Notes: generated by a model not told the origin, from the sequence alone. Shown: positions 1-10,047, counted from the first letter of the stretch. The stretch: DNA of 64,000 bases from an uncultured Actinomycetes bacterium (GCA_963716975.1 CAVQVA010000040.1:17223-81222), one strand, 5' to 3'. Made by a program: numbers and translations.

Positions 1-143
1 CCGCGCGAGCTCGACTCCCAGTGCTCCGCGAAGTGCTCCGGGGTGAAGTGCGACAACGCACCCAAGCGCACCCGGATCCGCGCCACCGAGGACGCGTTCT
101 CCGCCTTCGCGACGGCGACCACCTTCCGCACGAGATCGTCCAT
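1..143 (-). CDS. hypA: hydrogenase nickel-insertion protein HypA, N-terminal fragment truncated by window edge
   Basis: My own translation of the minus strand from the ATG at 143 (ATGA overlap with the protease stop) gives [43 protein letters not shown], a HypA-like N-terminus. It is absent from the ORF track because it runs off the window. Confidence 0.55.
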   Translation of the reverse strand, partial: MDDLVRKVVAVAKAENASSVARIRVRLGALSHFTPEHFAEHWESSSR

Positions 144-646
144 CAGGGCACGCTCGTGCACGGCGCCTCCTCTCCCAGCTCGGCGAGCGCGGCCGCCACG
201 AGCCCGTCGAGGGCAGCCTCCACTTCCGGAGTGAGCTCTTCCCCGATCCCGAACGATCCGCCCTCGAGGCCGAGCACGACCACGCGGCGCGGAGCGCGGT
301 CGAGGGTGCGCGCAAGCTCGAGCGCATCGGCGATGCCGAGTGCGTGGGTCGATGCGAGGTGGAGCTCGCGCGGGAGCGGGCCGTCGCCCGCGTCGACCCG
401 ACGTAGCGTGCCCGGCGGCGCGCCGCTGCGAAGTGCGTCCACCACGACGACCGTGTCGAGCCCTGCCCACAGCTCGAGGAGACGCGTCGGCTCGTCCGCG
501 CAGTCGAGCACCGCGACGCCGGCCGCTCGTAGCCGGTCGGCGGCCAGCGGGCCGACTGCGTCGTCACCGCGATAGCGGCTGCCCAGGCAGACGGCCGCCG
601 AGGTCAGAGCCGCTCCACCTCGAGTCGCAGGAAGTGCGTCGCGCAC
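143..646 (-). CDS. [NiFe]-hydrogenase maturation endopeptidase (HycI/HoxW family)
   Basis: C-terminal part of ORF 143..1591: [14 protein letters not shown]...VVVVDAL...[14 protein letters not shown] matches the protease family pattern (GDDG, DA, sH). It lies directly downstream of the large subunit. The GTG start at 646 (or 655) is inferred. The upstream Arg-rich part of the ORF is shadow. Confidence 0.75.
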   Translation of the reverse strand: MRDALPATRGGAALTSAAVCLGSRYRGDDAVGPLAADRLRAAGVAVLDCADEPTRLLELWAGLDTVVVVDALRSGAPPGTLRRVDAGDGPLPRELHLASTHALGIADALELARTLDRAPRRVVVLGLEGGSFGIGEELTPEVEAALDGLVAAALAELGEEAPCTSVP

Positions 647-1899
647 GAGATGCACGGGTCGTAGTTGCGGATCGTCTGCTCGCAGCGGTGCGCCAGCTGC
701 TCGTCCGGGAGATCGAGTGCGACGCGCACGACGCCCACGAGGTCCTCCTCGATCGTCTTCTGGTTCTGCGAGGTGGGCGGCACGATCTTGGCGTCGAGGA
801 TGACGCCGTCCGCGTCGATCCGGTACCGGTGCCAGCAGATGCCGCGCGGCGCCTCCGTGCAGCCGTGGCCCGACCCCGCCCTCGGCACGCACTCGACCGC
901 CGGCTGCTCGGGCCGCTCGTACTGCGCGATGATCCGCAGCGCCTCGTCGGCGGCGTACACCGTCTCCACCGCCCGGACGACGATACTGCGGAACGGATTG
1001 CGGCATACGGGCCCGAGCCCCGCCTCCTCGGCCGCTTCCTTGGCCGTGTCCGACAGCTCGCCGTAGTTGAGCGCGTAACGGGCGAGCGGGCCGACAAGGT
1101 ACGAGCCGACGCCGGCGAGCGACGAGTGCAATGCGTTCGATCGCTCCACGTGCGTCTCCGTGAAGTGCTCCTCGTACTCGTCCACCGAGATGTCGAGGCC
1201 GGTGCTGGAGACGATGCGGCCTCGTTCGATCGGGTACTCGCCGGGCTCGCGCAGCGACACGAACGCGTAGTCGCGCTCGTAGTCGGGGAAGTCGAACCCC
1301 GCGGTCCAGCGCACCAGCTCGCGCGCGGCGTCGCGCGCCCACTCGAGCTCGGGAACGAGGGCGCGCAGCTCTCCCGCCGTGGGAGCGCGGTAGAAGCCGC
1401 CGACGCGGAAGTTGACGGGGTGCACCTCGCGGCCGCCGATCACGCGCATCAGCTCGTTGCCGAGCTTCTTCAGTCGCAGCGCTGTCTCGACGAGGTCGCG
1501 GCGATCGCGTGCGAGCTCGATGGCACCGTCGTACCCGAGGAAGTCCGGCGCGTGGAGCATCGCCACGTGCAGCACGTGGCTCTCGATCCACTCACCGCAG
1601 TAGATGAGCCGCCGGAGCGCGCGCAGCTCCGCCGGCAGCTCGACGCCGCACACCTGCTCCATCGCAGCCGCCGAGCTGGCCATGTAGGCGATCGGGCAGA
1701 TGCCGCAGATGCGAGCGGTGATGTCTGGCGCCTCGGTGAACATGCGGCCTCGCAAGAGCGCCTCGAAGAAGCGCGGCGGCTCGAAGATCTTGAACTGCAC
1801 CTCCTCGAGCTCGCCGTCGCGCACCCGCACGAGCATCGCGCCTTCGCCTTCGACGCGCGCCAGGTAGTCGGTGCGGATCTCCCGCGTCTCGTCACTCAT
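604..1899 (-). CDS. [NiFe]-hydrogenase large (alpha) subunit, group 3b-like
   Basis: ORF 604..1956. The internal ATG gives [20 protein letters not shown]. It has the N-terminal RICGICP metal motif and the C-terminal DPCISCATH motif. The start overlaps the small-subunit stop. Confidence 0.9.
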   Translation of the reverse strand: MSDETREIRTDYLARVEGEGAMLVRVRDGELEEVQFKIFEPPRFFEALLRGRMFTEAPDITARICGICPIAYMASSAAAMEQVCGVELPAELRALRRLIYCGEWIESHVLHVAMLHAPDFLGYDGAIELARDRRDLVETALRLKKLGNELMRVIGGREVHPVNFRVGGFYRAPTAGELRALVPELEWARDAARELVRWTAGFDFPDYERDYAFVSLREPGEYPIERGRIVSSTGLDISVDEYEEHFTETHVERSNALHSSLAGVGSYLVGPLARYALNYGELSDTAKEAAEEAGLGPVCRNPFRSIVVRAVETVYAADEALRIIAQYERPEQPAVECVPRAGSGHGCTEAPRGICWHRYRIDADGVILDAKIVPPTSQNQKTIEEDLVGVVRVALDLPDEQLAHRCEQTIRNYDPCISCATHFLRLEVERL

Positions 1900-2671
1900 A
1901 GTCGGTGCTCGCCTCCCGGAAGGCCGGCGCGTTGGCGTTGAAGGTACGAAGCGCACGCAGCATGCCGTCGTCGCCGACGCCGAGCTCCTGCCACTGACGT
2001 GCGAGCGCCTTGATGTTGGGGGACTCCATCGGGCCGAAGCACCCGTAGCAACCGCGCCCGTAGGCTGGACAGATCGCGCCGCACCCGGCCTGCGTGACCG
2101 GACCGAGGCACGGAGTTCCCTGCGCCACCATCACGCAGGCAGTGCCGCGCGCCTTGCACTCCATGCAGACGCTCGTGGTCGGCACGAGTGGACGCCGGGC
2201 GTTGAGCAGCGCGCTGACCGTCTCCACCAGCTGCGCCTTGGAGATCGGGCAGCCGCGCAGCTCGAGGTCGACCGGCACGTGGTCGCCGATCGGCGTCGAC
2301 GTGTCGAGCGTGGAGATGAACTCGGGCGAGGCGTACACGAGCGGGATCCAGTCGCGCACGTTCGCGAAGTTGCGGAGCGCCTGGATGCCACCCGACGTGG
2401 CGCAGGCGCCGATCGTGACCAACAAGCCCGACTGCTCGCGCACCTCGTGGATCCGCTCCACGTCGTGGGCCGTCGTCACCGACCCCTCGACGAGCGAAAC
2501 GTCGTACGGGCCCTCGACCTCGCCGCTCGTCGCCTCGGGGAAGTACGCGATCTCGAGGCCGTCGGCGATCGCGAGCAGCTCGTCCTCGCAGTCGAGCAGC
2601 GAGAGCTGGCAGCCGTCGCACGAGGAGAACTTCCACACGGCAAGCTTCGGGCGGACGGCGGCTGCGCTCAC
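1892..2671 (-). CDS. [NiFe]-hydrogenase small (delta) subunit, NuoB/20 kDa-like
   Basis: C-terminal 260 aa of ORF 1892..3250: [16 protein letters not shown]...[10 protein letters not shown]...GCPI...CMECK. The GTG at 2671 forms a GTGA overlap with the gamma stop. Confidence 0.85.
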   Translation of the reverse strand: MSAAAVRPKLAVWKFSSCDGCQLSLLDCEDELLAIADGLEIAYFPEATSGEVEGPYDVSLVEGSVTTAHDVERIHEVREQSGLLVTIGACATSGGIQALRNFANVRDWIPLVYASPEFISTLDTSTPIGDHVPVDLELRGCPISKAQLVETVSALLNARRPLVPTTSVCMECKARGTACVMVAQGTPCLGPVTQAGCGAICPAYGRGCYGCFGPMESPNIKALARQWQELGVGDDGMLRALRTFNANAPAFREASTDYE

Positions 2672-3519
2672 AGCTCGCGTACCTCCATGAGACGCACCAT
2701 GTCGTCGGCACGGAACACCGGCCCGTCGCGACAGATGAGGGTCGGTCCCAGCTGGCAGTGGCCGCAATGGCCCACGGCGCAACGCATGTTGCGCTCCATC
2801 GAGACCCAGATGCATTCGAGCGGCAGCCCTCGCTCGACGAGGGCTCGCACGACGAACGTCATCATCACCTCCGGGCCGCAGACCAGCGCTACCGCTGCCG
2901 TCGGATTCATCACGGCTCCGGGAATCAGGGTCGTCACGAGCCCGACGCGACCGCGCCAGCCGGACTGCGCCGCGTCGACGGTCACGTCCACCTCGAGGTC
3001 GAGCCGAGAGCGCCACTGCTCCAGCTCGTCCCGGAAGAGCAGGTCCTGCGGCGTGCGTGCACCGGCGAGGACGGAGACCGCCCCGAAGTCCTCGCGATGC
3101 TCGAGGGCGTGGCGAATCGCCGGCCGCAGCGGCGCGAGGCCTATCCCGCCGGCCACGACCACGAGGTCGCCTCCCGTCGCCTCTGCAAGCGGCCATTCGT
3201 TGCCGAACGGGCCGCGCACGCCGACGACGGCACCCGGCTCGAGCGCGCACAGCGCGGTCGTGACCGCGCCGACAGCGCGAATCGTATGGATCAGGGACGC
3301 GTTCGCCTCGTGGCTGCCGCTCGTCGAGATCGGCACCTCGCCGACACCGAATGCGTAGAGCATGTCGAACTGGCCGGCCCTCGGCCGTACGCGCTCGGCA
3401 AGCGGCTCGAGCTCGAGCGTCCAGGTGTCCGCGGTCTCGTGCGTGCGAGACACGACCCGGTGTGGAACCGGAACCATGGCGCCGCGAGGCGGCGCCTCAG
3501 CGGACGCTCGCGCCGCCAT
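2668..3519 (-). CDS. hydrogenase gamma subunit, FAD/NAD(P)-binding oxidoreductase with C-terminal 2Fe-2S motif (HydG/AsrB/PyrK-like)
   Basis: ORF 2668..3519. It has the GGIGLAP nucleotide-binding motif and a C-terminal [10 protein letters not shown]...C cluster. The alternative ATG at 3477 (MVPVPHRVV) would remove the overlap with the cNMP gene. Confidence 0.85.
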   Translation of the reverse strand: MAARASAEAPPRGAMVPVPHRVVSRTHETADTWTLELEPLAERVRPRAGQFDMLYAFGVGEVPISTSGSHEANASLIHTIRAVGAVTTALCALEPGAVVGVRGPFGNEWPLAEATGGDLVVVAGGIGLAPLRPAIRHALEHREDFGAVSVLAGARTPQDLLFRDELEQWRSRLDLEVDVTVDAAQSGWRGRVGLVTTLIPGAVMNPTAAVALVCGPEVMMTFVVRALVERGLPLECIWVSMERNMRCAVGHCGHCQLGPTLICRDGPVFRADDMVRLMEVREL

Positions 3520-3988
3520 ACACGTCCAGGAGACGAACGCGTGCGTGCTGCAGGCGGTCGATCATCACCTGTCCGAATCGCTTCATCAGCTCGTAGCCGA
3601 GCTCCTTGTCCTCCTCGCACTTGCCGCGCAGGCAGGCACCGTCGAACGCGACCGCGCGCACGTCCGTGGCAGCACGGGCGTCGAAGTGCCAGCGGTACGG
3701 CTCGAAGAGCCACGACCAGCCGACCACGTCGTCGGGCTCGATGGTCTCGATCACGAGGCCGCCACGCTCGGGAGCATGCAGCTCGAGCGCGACACGGCCG
3801 CGACGCACGAGGTAGAAGGTGTCCGCGGGGTCGCCTTCGCGGAAGAGCAGCTCGTCCTCGTCGAAGCCGACGTTCCGGGCGCAGCCGGCGATCAACGTCA
3901 GGTCGTCGTCCGATAGCCCGGCGAACAGCGGCGCCCGAGCGATCACCTCATCCAGCGTGTGCACGATCCACCTCCCCGTCCGTGGCAC
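3497..3988 (-). CDS. stand-alone cyclic-nucleotide-binding (Crp effector-like) domain protein, no HTH
   Basis: ORF 3497..3988: APLFAGLSDDDL...ELLFREGDPADTFYLVRRGRVALE is a typical cNMP-binding beta-roll signature. At 163 aa there is no room for a DNA-binding domain. An alternative GTG lies at 3964. Confidence 0.75.
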   Translation of the reverse strand: MPRTGRWIVHTLDEVIARAPLFAGLSDDDLTLIAGCARNVGFDEDELLFREGDPADTFYLVRRGRVALELHAPERGGLVIETIEPDDVVGWSWLFEPYRWHFDARAATDVRAVAFDGACLRGKCEEDKELGYELMKRFGQVMIDRLQHARVRLLDVYGGASVR

Positions 3989-5114
3989 GGATCGCGGCCA
4001 GCTCCTCGGTCACGTCGATCCCGACCGGGCACCAGGTGATGCACCGGCCGCACCCGACGCACCCGGAGGTGCCGAACTGGTCGAACCACGTGCCGAACTT
4101 GTGCGTGAGCCACTGCCGGTAGCGCGCTCGCGGCGAGCGCCGCACGCTTCCGCCGTGGATGTAGGAGTAGTCCATCGAGAAGCACGAGTCCCAGGTGCGC
4201 CAGCGCTCCGCCGACCCGTCCGCCAGGTCGTTCACGTCCTCCACGGAGGTGCAGAAGCACGTGGGGCACACGAGCGTGCAGTTCCCGCAGGTGAGGCACC
4301 GCTCGGCGACGTCGGCGAAGCGCGGGTGGTCGAGATTCGCCGCCAGCAGCTCCTGCAGGCCGGCGCTCTCGAGCTGCCTGCCCATTTGCTGCTCTGCCCC
4401 CTCCGTCACGGAGACGGCAGCAGCGCGATCGTCACCCGTCGCCTCGCGGGTGGGGAGCGCCGCGACGATCTCGCGCCCGCGGTCCGAGCCGACCTCGACG
4501 AGGAAGCGGTGCTCGCCCTCCATGAGCTCGGTGAGGGAGAGGTCGAAGCCGCTCTCGGCGCGTGGCCCCGTCCCCATGGAGCTGCAGAAGCACGTGCCCC
4601 CCGGCTCGCCGCAGTTGACGACGACGAGGAATGCTCCCTCGCGGCGCGCCGCGTAGTCCCGCTCGACGTGGCGACCCTCCAGGAACACCCGGTCCTGGAT
4701 CGCGATCGCATGTAGGTCGCACGAGCGGGCGCCGAGGAGCGCGAGCGGCCGCTCGGGCGGCGGCTCCTCTTCGATCACGGGCGCCTCGCCATCGTTCGCG
4801 CTCGCTCGCCAGAGCCGCACCCGCGAAGGCATGAACTCCTGCTTCCACGAGTGAGGGCCGACCGCCCAGCCGAAGACCGCGTCGTCGTCACGTTCCTCGA
4901 GCCGGTAGGTGGCGGCCTCGTGGTGCGCGGTCCACCCGTGGGGCAGTTCGTCGACGGAGGAGATCTCGTCGAGCACGATCGCACCGTCGCGCACGGTCGG
5001 TCCGACCACGCGGTACCCCTCCCGCAGAAGCGTGGCGACGAGAGCTCCGAGCCCGTCGGGTCCCATTACGAAGGTGTCCCTCTCTGAGGTGCGGAGCTCG
5101 CCCATCGTTCCCAT
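3948..5114 (-). CDS. hydrogenase beta subunit, 4Fe-4S dicluster protein (HydB/AsrA-like)
   Basis: ORF 3948..5114 has the CLTCGNCTLVCPTCFC and CVGCGRCITWCP ferredoxin motifs. It is the first gene of the beta-(cNMP)-gamma-delta-alpha operon. Confidence 0.85.
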   Translation of the reverse strand: MGTMGELRTSERDTFVMGPDGLGALVATLLREGYRVVGPTVRDGAIVLDEISSVDELPHGWTAHHEAATYRLEERDDDAVFGWAVGPHSWKQEFMPSRVRLWRASANDGEAPVIEEEPPPERPLALLGARSCDLHAIAIQDRVFLEGRHVERDYAARREGAFLVVVNCGEPGGTCFCSSMGTGPRAESGFDLSLTELMEGEHRFLVEVGSDRGREIVAALPTREATGDDRAAAVSVTEGAEQQMGRQLESAGLQELLAANLDHPRFADVAERCLTCGNCTLVCPTCFCTSVEDVNDLADGSAERWRTWDSCFSMDYSYIHGGSVRRSPRARYRQWLTHKFGTWFDQFGTSGCVGCGRCITWCPVGIDVTEELAAIRATDGEVDRAHAG

Positions 5115-5243
5115 GCGAACCTAGGATGACGTTCGGCGGGCGCCGTGTCATCCGGAGCATCCGCGTCGAGCCTGCGGGATGTCCGCACCGCCGCACGGCT
5201 CGCCCACGTTGCGTCGAGGCCGCCCGCGCGGCACGCTGCATCC

Positions 5244-7421
5244 GTGACGGACACGCTTCCGGAGGCGGTCGAGCGGCAGCGCATCCGTGTGCGCGGCGTG
5301 GTGCAGGGGGTCGGGTTCAGGCCCTTCGTGCACCGACTCGCGACGCGGCACGGTCTGAGTGGGGTCGTGTGGAACGACGGTGACGGGGTCGTCGTCGAGG
5401 TCGAGGGTCCCGCAAGCGCTCTCGACGCCTTCGCCCGGGCGCTCGTCGAGCAGCCGCCGCCCCTGTCGCGGATCGCGTCGGTCACGAAGCAGCGCGTTAC
5501 GTCCATCGGAGAGCAGGCATTCGTCGTGGCGGCGAGCCACGGCGGCGGCAGGACGGCGCTCGTCCCGCCCGACGTGGCCACCTGCGAGGACTGCCTGCGC
5601 GAGCTGTTCGATCCCGGCGATCGCCGCTTCCGGTACCCGTTCACGAACTGCACGAGCTGCGGGCCGCGGCTGACCATCGTCACCGACGTGCCGTACGACC
5701 GGCCGAACACGACGATGGCGGGCTTCCCGCTGTGCGCCGAGTGCCGCCGAGAGTACGAGGATCCTGCCGACCGGCGGTTCCATGCCGAGCCGATCGCCTG
5801 CCCTGCCTGCGGACCGAGGCTCTCGCTTCCGCTCCCCGAGGTTGCGACCGCGCTGCTCGACGGCGCGATCGTCGCCGTCAAGGGGCTCGGCGGCTACCAC
5901 CTCGCGTGCGACGCGACGAGCGAGGAGGCGGTGGGACGGCTGCGCGAGCGGAAGAGGCGGGAGGAGAAGCCGCTGGCGGTGATGAGCGCCGAGCCCGGGC
6001 TCCTGGCCGACGCGACCGCGGACGAGCTCGAGCTTCTCCGCTCACCCGCCCACCCGATCGTCCTCGTGCGGCGACGCGCCGCAGCTCCGCTGGCCGCGGC
6101 GGTCGCGCCCGGAACCCCGTGGGTCGGGCTGATGCTCCCCTACACACCGCTGCACCACCTGCTCTGTACCGACGTCGACCGGCCACTCGTGATGACGAGC
6201 GGCAACCTCACGGACGAGCCGATCGCCTTCGAGGACGAAGAGGCACGGCAACGCCTCGGCGACGTTGCCGACCTGTTCATCACCCACGACCGCCCGATCC
6301 ACCGCCGCTGCGAGGACTCGGTCGTCCGTGCGGACTTCCCGATGCGCCGATCGCGCGGCTATGCGCCGTCGGCGTTGCCCCTGCCCGTGGCATCCAAACG
6401 ACCGCTCGTCGGCGTCGGTGCCGAGCTCAAGAGCACGTTCTGCGTGGCCCGCGGCGACGAGGCCTTCCTCTCTGCGCACCTCGGCGACCTGACCGGCGAG
6501 GAGGCATACGCGGCCTTCCGGCAGGATCTCGGGCTCTGGCTCGACATGCTCGGCGTCGAGCTCGCCGCCCTCGCCTGCGACCTGCACCCCGACTACCTGT
6601 CCACCCGCTGGGCGTGGGATCAGGGCCTGCCGGTCGTGGAGGTGCAGCACCATCACGCGCACGCCGCCGCGTGCCTGGCCGAGCACGGCGAGACCGACTC
6701 CGCCCTCGCGATCGTGCTCGACGGCACCGGCTTCGGACCTGACGGAACGCTGTGGGGCGGGGAGGTGCTGCGTTGCGACCTGACCGGCTTCGAGCGCGTC
6801 GCGCACCTCGAGCCGGTGCCGCTCCCGGGGGGCGAAGCCGCGGTACGAGAGCCCTGGAGAGTCGCCGCCGCGCACTTGGAGCAGGCCGGCCGGCCGGTGC
6901 CCTGGGAGCGGTGGGAGCTCGTGCGGCAGAGCCTCGAGGTCAATGCACCTCTGTCGTCCGGCGCCGGGCGGCTGTTCGACGCCGCAGCGGCCCTTCTCGG
7001 AGTTCGCGAGCGGATCAGCTACGAGGGGCAGGCCGCGATCGAGCTCGAGCACCTCGCCGGCGAGGAGGCGGCCGATCCATACCCCTGCGTCGTCTCGAGC
7101 GGGATCATCCGCGGCACCGACCTCGTGGCGGCAGCGTTCGACGACCTGCACGCCGGGCGGGACCGGCCACAGATCGCCGCGGCTTTCCACGAAGGCGTCG
7201 CCCAGGCGTTCGCAACTGGCTGCATCGAGGCAGGCGGCGCCGGGACGGTCGTCCTCTCGGGCGGCTGCATGCAGAACCTGCGCCTCCTCGCGTCGCTCCG
7301 CACGCGTCTCGAGCGGGCCGGGCTGCGTGTCCTCTCCCACGCGGCCGTCCCTCCAAACGACGGCGGCGTGAGCTACGGTCAGGCGGCAGTGGCCGCTGCG
7401 AGGCTCGCCTCATGTGCTTAG
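5244..7421 (+). CDS. hypF: carbamoyltransferase HypF
   Basis: ORF 5145..7421 has an acylphosphatase-like N-terminus (VRGVVQGVGFRPFV), two zinc-finger pairs (CEDC...CTSC, CAEC...CPAC), YrdC-like and Kae1-like parts. The in-frame GTG at 5244 fits family length better than the ATG at 5145. Confidence 0.9.
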   Translation: MTDTLPEAVERQRIRVRGVVQGVGFRPFVHRLATRHGLSGVVWNDGDGVVVEVEGPASALDAFARALVEQPPPLSRIASVTKQRVTSIGEQAFVVAASHGGGRTALVPPDVATCEDCLRELFDPGDRRFRYPFTNCTSCGPRLTIVTDVPYDRPNTTMAGFPLCAECRREYEDPADRRFHAEPIACPACGPRLSLPLPEVATALLDGAIVAVKGLGGYHLACDATSEEAVGRLRERKRREEKPLAVMSAEPGLLADATADELELLRSPAHPIVLVRRRAAAPLAAAVAPGTPWVGLMLPYTPLHHLLCTDVDRPLVMTSGNLTDEPIAFEDEEARQRLGDVADLFITHDRPIHRRCEDSVVRADFPMRRSRGYAPSALPLPVASKRPLVGVGAELKSTFCVARGDEAFLSAHLGDLTGEEAYAAFRQDLGLWLDMLGVELAALACDLHPDYLSTRWAWDQGLPVVEVQHHHAHAAACLAEHGETDSALAIVLDGTGFGPDGTLWGGEVLRCDLTGFERVAHLEPVPLPGGEAAVREPWRVAAAHLEQAGRPVPWERWELVRQSLEVNAPLSSGAGRLFDAAAALLGVRERISYEGQAAIELEHLAGEEAADPYPCVVSSGIIRGTDLVAAAFDDLHAGRDRPQIAAAFHEGVAQAFATGCIEAGGAGTVVLSGGCMQNLRLLASLRTRLERAGLRVLSHAAVPPNDGGVSYGQAAVAAARLASCA

Positions 7422-7687
7422 GAATCCCCGGACAGATCGTCGACGTCCCCGATCGGCAGGCCGGGCTTGCCACCGTCGACATCTCCGGGGTGCGTCGCTC
7501 CGTGAGCGTGGCGCTCGTGGACGAGCCGGCAGCGCCCGTCGAGCCCGGCGACTGGGTGCTCGTGCACGTCGGTTTCGCGCTCGCGCGCATCGACGAGGAA
7601 CAGGCCCAGGAGACCCTCGACCTCCTGCGCCGGGGCGCCGAGCTGCAGCGGGAGCTCGACGAGATCCGCCACGGGACGGTCGCGTGA
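7412..7687 (+). CDS. hypC: hydrogenase assembly chaperone HypC
   Basis: The ATG at 7412 gives the canonical MCLGIPGQIV N-terminus and ...GDWVLVHVGFAL. It overlaps the hypF 3' end. Confidence 0.9.
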   Translation: MCLGIPGQIVDVPDRQAGLATVDISGVRRSVSVALVDEPAAPVEPGDWVLVHVGFALARIDEEQAQETLDLLRRGAELQRELDEIRHGTVA

Positions 7688-7893
7688 GCGTCGAGCCGGG
7701 ACGCTGTCTCACCTGCTCGGACGAGGCGATCGCGGCACGCGTCCGCTCCGTCGACGGGCTCGAGGCACTGATCACGGACGGCGTCGATGTCGAGCGTGTC
7801 GCGATCGATCTCGTACCCGACGCGCGCCCCGGCGACCTCCTCCTCTGTCACGCAGGGATCGCACTCGAGCGGCTCGCGGAGGCAACGGCATGA
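7684..7893 (+). CDS. HypC/HupF-family paralog with atypical N-terminus
   Basis: The GTG at 7684 (GTGA overlap with hypC) gives VSVEPGRCLTCSDEAIAARV...PGDLLLCHAGIAL, a HypC-like OB-fold pattern. The Cys is at position 8 within a CxxC motif. Confidence 0.6.
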   Translation: MSVEPGRCLTCSDEAIAARVRSVDGLEALITDGVDVERVAIDLVPDARPGDLLLCHAGIALERLAEATA

Positions 7894-9017
7894 GGTACGT
7901 CGACGAGTACCGCGACCCCGAGCTCGCCCGGGGCCTCGCCGCCGAGATGACGTCCCTCGTCACGCCGGGCGAGGTCGTGCGCGTGATGGAGGTGTGCGGC
8001 GGCCACACGCACGCGATCTATCGGCACGGGCTCGAGGAGCTGCTCCCGCCGGAGGTCGAGCTCGTGCACGGGCCGGGCTGCCCGGTGTGCGTCATCCCCA
8101 TGGGCCGCGTCGACGACGCGATCGCAATCGCGGAGACCGACGGCGTCACGCTCGCGACCTTCGGCGACATGCTCCGGGTGCCGGGCGGCGGCGGCTCGCT
8201 GCTCGAGGCGAAGGCCCGGGGCGCCGACGTGCGGATGGTCTACTCGCCGCTCGACGCGCTCGCGCTCGCCTGCCAGGAGCCCGATCGGCATGTCTGCTTC
8301 TTCGCGATCGGGTTCGAGACGACTGCGCCCGCAACTGCGATCACGTTGCTCCGCGCCCGCGCGGAGAAGGTCCCGAACTTCTCGATCTTCTGCAACCACG
8401 TGCTCATCGAGCCGCCGCTGCGCGCGATCCTGGAGACGCCCGGCCTGCGCATCGACGCCTTCGTCGGCCCGGGGCACGTCTCATCGGTCATCGGCACCGA
8501 CGCGTATCGCTTCATCTCCGAGGAGTACGGCCGCCCGGTGGTGGTCTCGGCGTTCGAGCCAGTCGACCTGCTGCAGTCGATCGCGATGCTGCTGCGCCAG
8601 CGGGCCGAGGGGAGATGCGAGGTCGAGAACCAGTACACGCGCGTCGTGCGGCCCGAAGGCAACGCCCGCGCAGTGGCGGCGATCGCCGAGACGATGGAGC
8701 CGCGCGCCGACTTCGAGTGGCGTGGGCTCGGCGTCCTCCCACGCAGCGCACTGCAGGTGCGCGAGCCCTTCGCCGCCTTCGACGCCGAGCGCCTGTTCAC
8801 CCTGCCCGGCGCCAGGATCGAGGACCCGAAGGCGTGCCGATGCGGCGAGGTGCTCACCGGGCAGATCAAGCCGTGGGAGTGCGGTGTCTTCGGCACCGCC
8901 TGCACGCCCGAGCGCCCGCTCGGAACGTGCATGGTGTCGAGCGAGGGCGCCTGCGCGGCATTCTTCTCCTACGGGCGCCTGCGCCGGCCGCGCGAGGAAG
9001 CACCCGTCGGTGCGTGA
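7890..9017 (+). CDS. hypD: hydrogenase Fe(CN)2CO assembly protein HypD
   Basis: ORF 7890..9017: MRYVDEYRDPELA, CGGHTH, GPGCPVCV, FETTAP and the C-terminal Cys cluster are all HypD hallmarks. Confidence 0.92.
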   Translation: MRYVDEYRDPELARGLAAEMTSLVTPGEVVRVMEVCGGHTHAIYRHGLEELLPPEVELVHGPGCPVCVIPMGRVDDAIAIAETDGVTLATFGDMLRVPGGGGSLLEAKARGADVRMVYSPLDALALACQEPDRHVCFFAIGFETTAPATAITLLRARAEKVPNFSIFCNHVLIEPPLRAILETPGLRIDAFVGPGHVSSVIGTDAYRFISEEYGRPVVVSAFEPVDLLQSIAMLLRQRAEGRCEVENQYTRVVRPEGNARAVAAIAETMEPRADFEWRGLGVLPRSALQVREPFAAFDAERLFTLPGARIEDPKACRCGEVLTGQIKPWECGVFGTACTPERPLGTCMVSSEGACAAFFSYGRLRRPREEAPVGA

Positions 9018-10047
9018 GCGCCGGCGGCGCCCGGTGCTCCGCGACGAGCTGGTCACCCTGGCGCACGGCGCCGGGGGGAAGGCGACGCGCGACCTCGTCG
9101 AGGCCCTCTTCGTCGAGGAGCTCGGCAACGAGGCGCTCGCGCCGCTCGGCGACAGCGCCGTGGTGTCGCCCGCATCCGGGAGGCTCGCGCTCACGACCGA
9201 CAGCTACGTCGTCCGCCCGCTCGTCTTCCCCGGCGGTGACATCGGCGAGCTCGCGGTGAACGGCACGGTCAACGACCTCGCCGTCGCAGGCGCTCGTCCG
9301 CTGTGGCTCACTGCCGGATTCGTGCTCGAAGAAGGGCTGCCGATCGAGCAGCTCCGCGCGGTCGTGCGCTCGATGGCCGCCGCCGCACGTCGCGCCGGTG
9401 TCGCGGTTGCCGCGGGCGACACGAAGGTCGTCGAACGAGGGAAGGCGGACGGCCTCTACATCACGACGACTGGGATCGGCGTGCTCGAGCATGACCTGGA
9501 GCTGACTCCGGCCAGCGTCCAGCCGGGCGACCGAGTGCTGCTCTCGGGCACGCTCGCAGACCACGGAATGGCGGTGATGATCGCCCGGGGCGACCTCCAT
9601 CTCGAAGGCGACGTCGAAAGCGACAGTGCGCCGCTGAACGAGCTCGCTGCCGCGCTACTCGGCCTCGGCAGCGCGCTGCGCTGGATGCGCGACCCGACGC
9701 GCGGCGGTCTAGCGACCGCACTGAACGAGCTCGTCGCCCAGGCCCATCTCGCCGTGCGCCTGCGCGAGCCCGCGCTGCCGGTGAAGCCCACGGTGTTCGC
9801 GGCCTGCGAGATCCTCGGCATCGACCCGCTGTACGTGGCGAACGAGGGGAAGCTCGTCGCGGTGGTCGCGGAGGAGGTCGCGGACGACGCCCTCGCCCTC
9901 CTGCACGAGCACGCGCTCGGCGCAGGCGCAGTCGAGATCGGGGTCGTCGAGCCGGAGCCCGAGGGCATGGTGCTGCTGGACACGACCCTCGGGGGCAGTC
10001 GCATCGTCGACCTCCTGGTCGGCGACCCCCTCCCCCGCATCTGCTGA
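9010..10047 (+). CDS. hypE: carbamoyl dehydratase HypE
   Basis: In ORF 8290..10047, the GTG at 9010 (or 9034) is followed by LAHGAGGKATRDLV and the C-terminal PRIC motif. It has PurM-like repeats. Confidence 0.9.
   Translation: MRERRRRPVLRDELVTLAHGAGGKATRDLVEALFVEELGNEALAPLGDSAVVSPASGRLALTTDSYVVRPLVFPGGDIGELAVNGTVNDLAVAGARPLWLTAGFVLEEGLPIEQLRAVVRSMAAAARRAGVAVAAGDTKVVERGKADGLYITTTGIGVLEHDLELTPASVQPGDRVLLSGTLADHGMAVMIARGDLHLEGDVESDSAPLNELAAALLGLGSALRWMRDPTRGGLATALNELVAQAHLAVRLREPALPVKPTVFAACEILGIDPLYVANEGKLVAVVAEEVADDALALLHEHALGAGAVEIGVVEPEPEGMVLLDTTLGGSRIVDLLVGDPLPRIC

Noticed and set aside
143-1591. Long Arg/Ala/Pro-rich ORFs overlapping real genes. Examples are 143..1591 upstream part, 340..1941 (+), 1871..3358 (+), 9461..10633 (-), 12149..13405 (-), 19503..21203 (+) and 50923..52392 (-).
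   Set aside because: These are typical shadow ORFs of a very GC-rich genome. They are antisense or out of frame to ORFs with clear family motifs. Their composition is biased and low-complexity, and they contain no recognisable domains.
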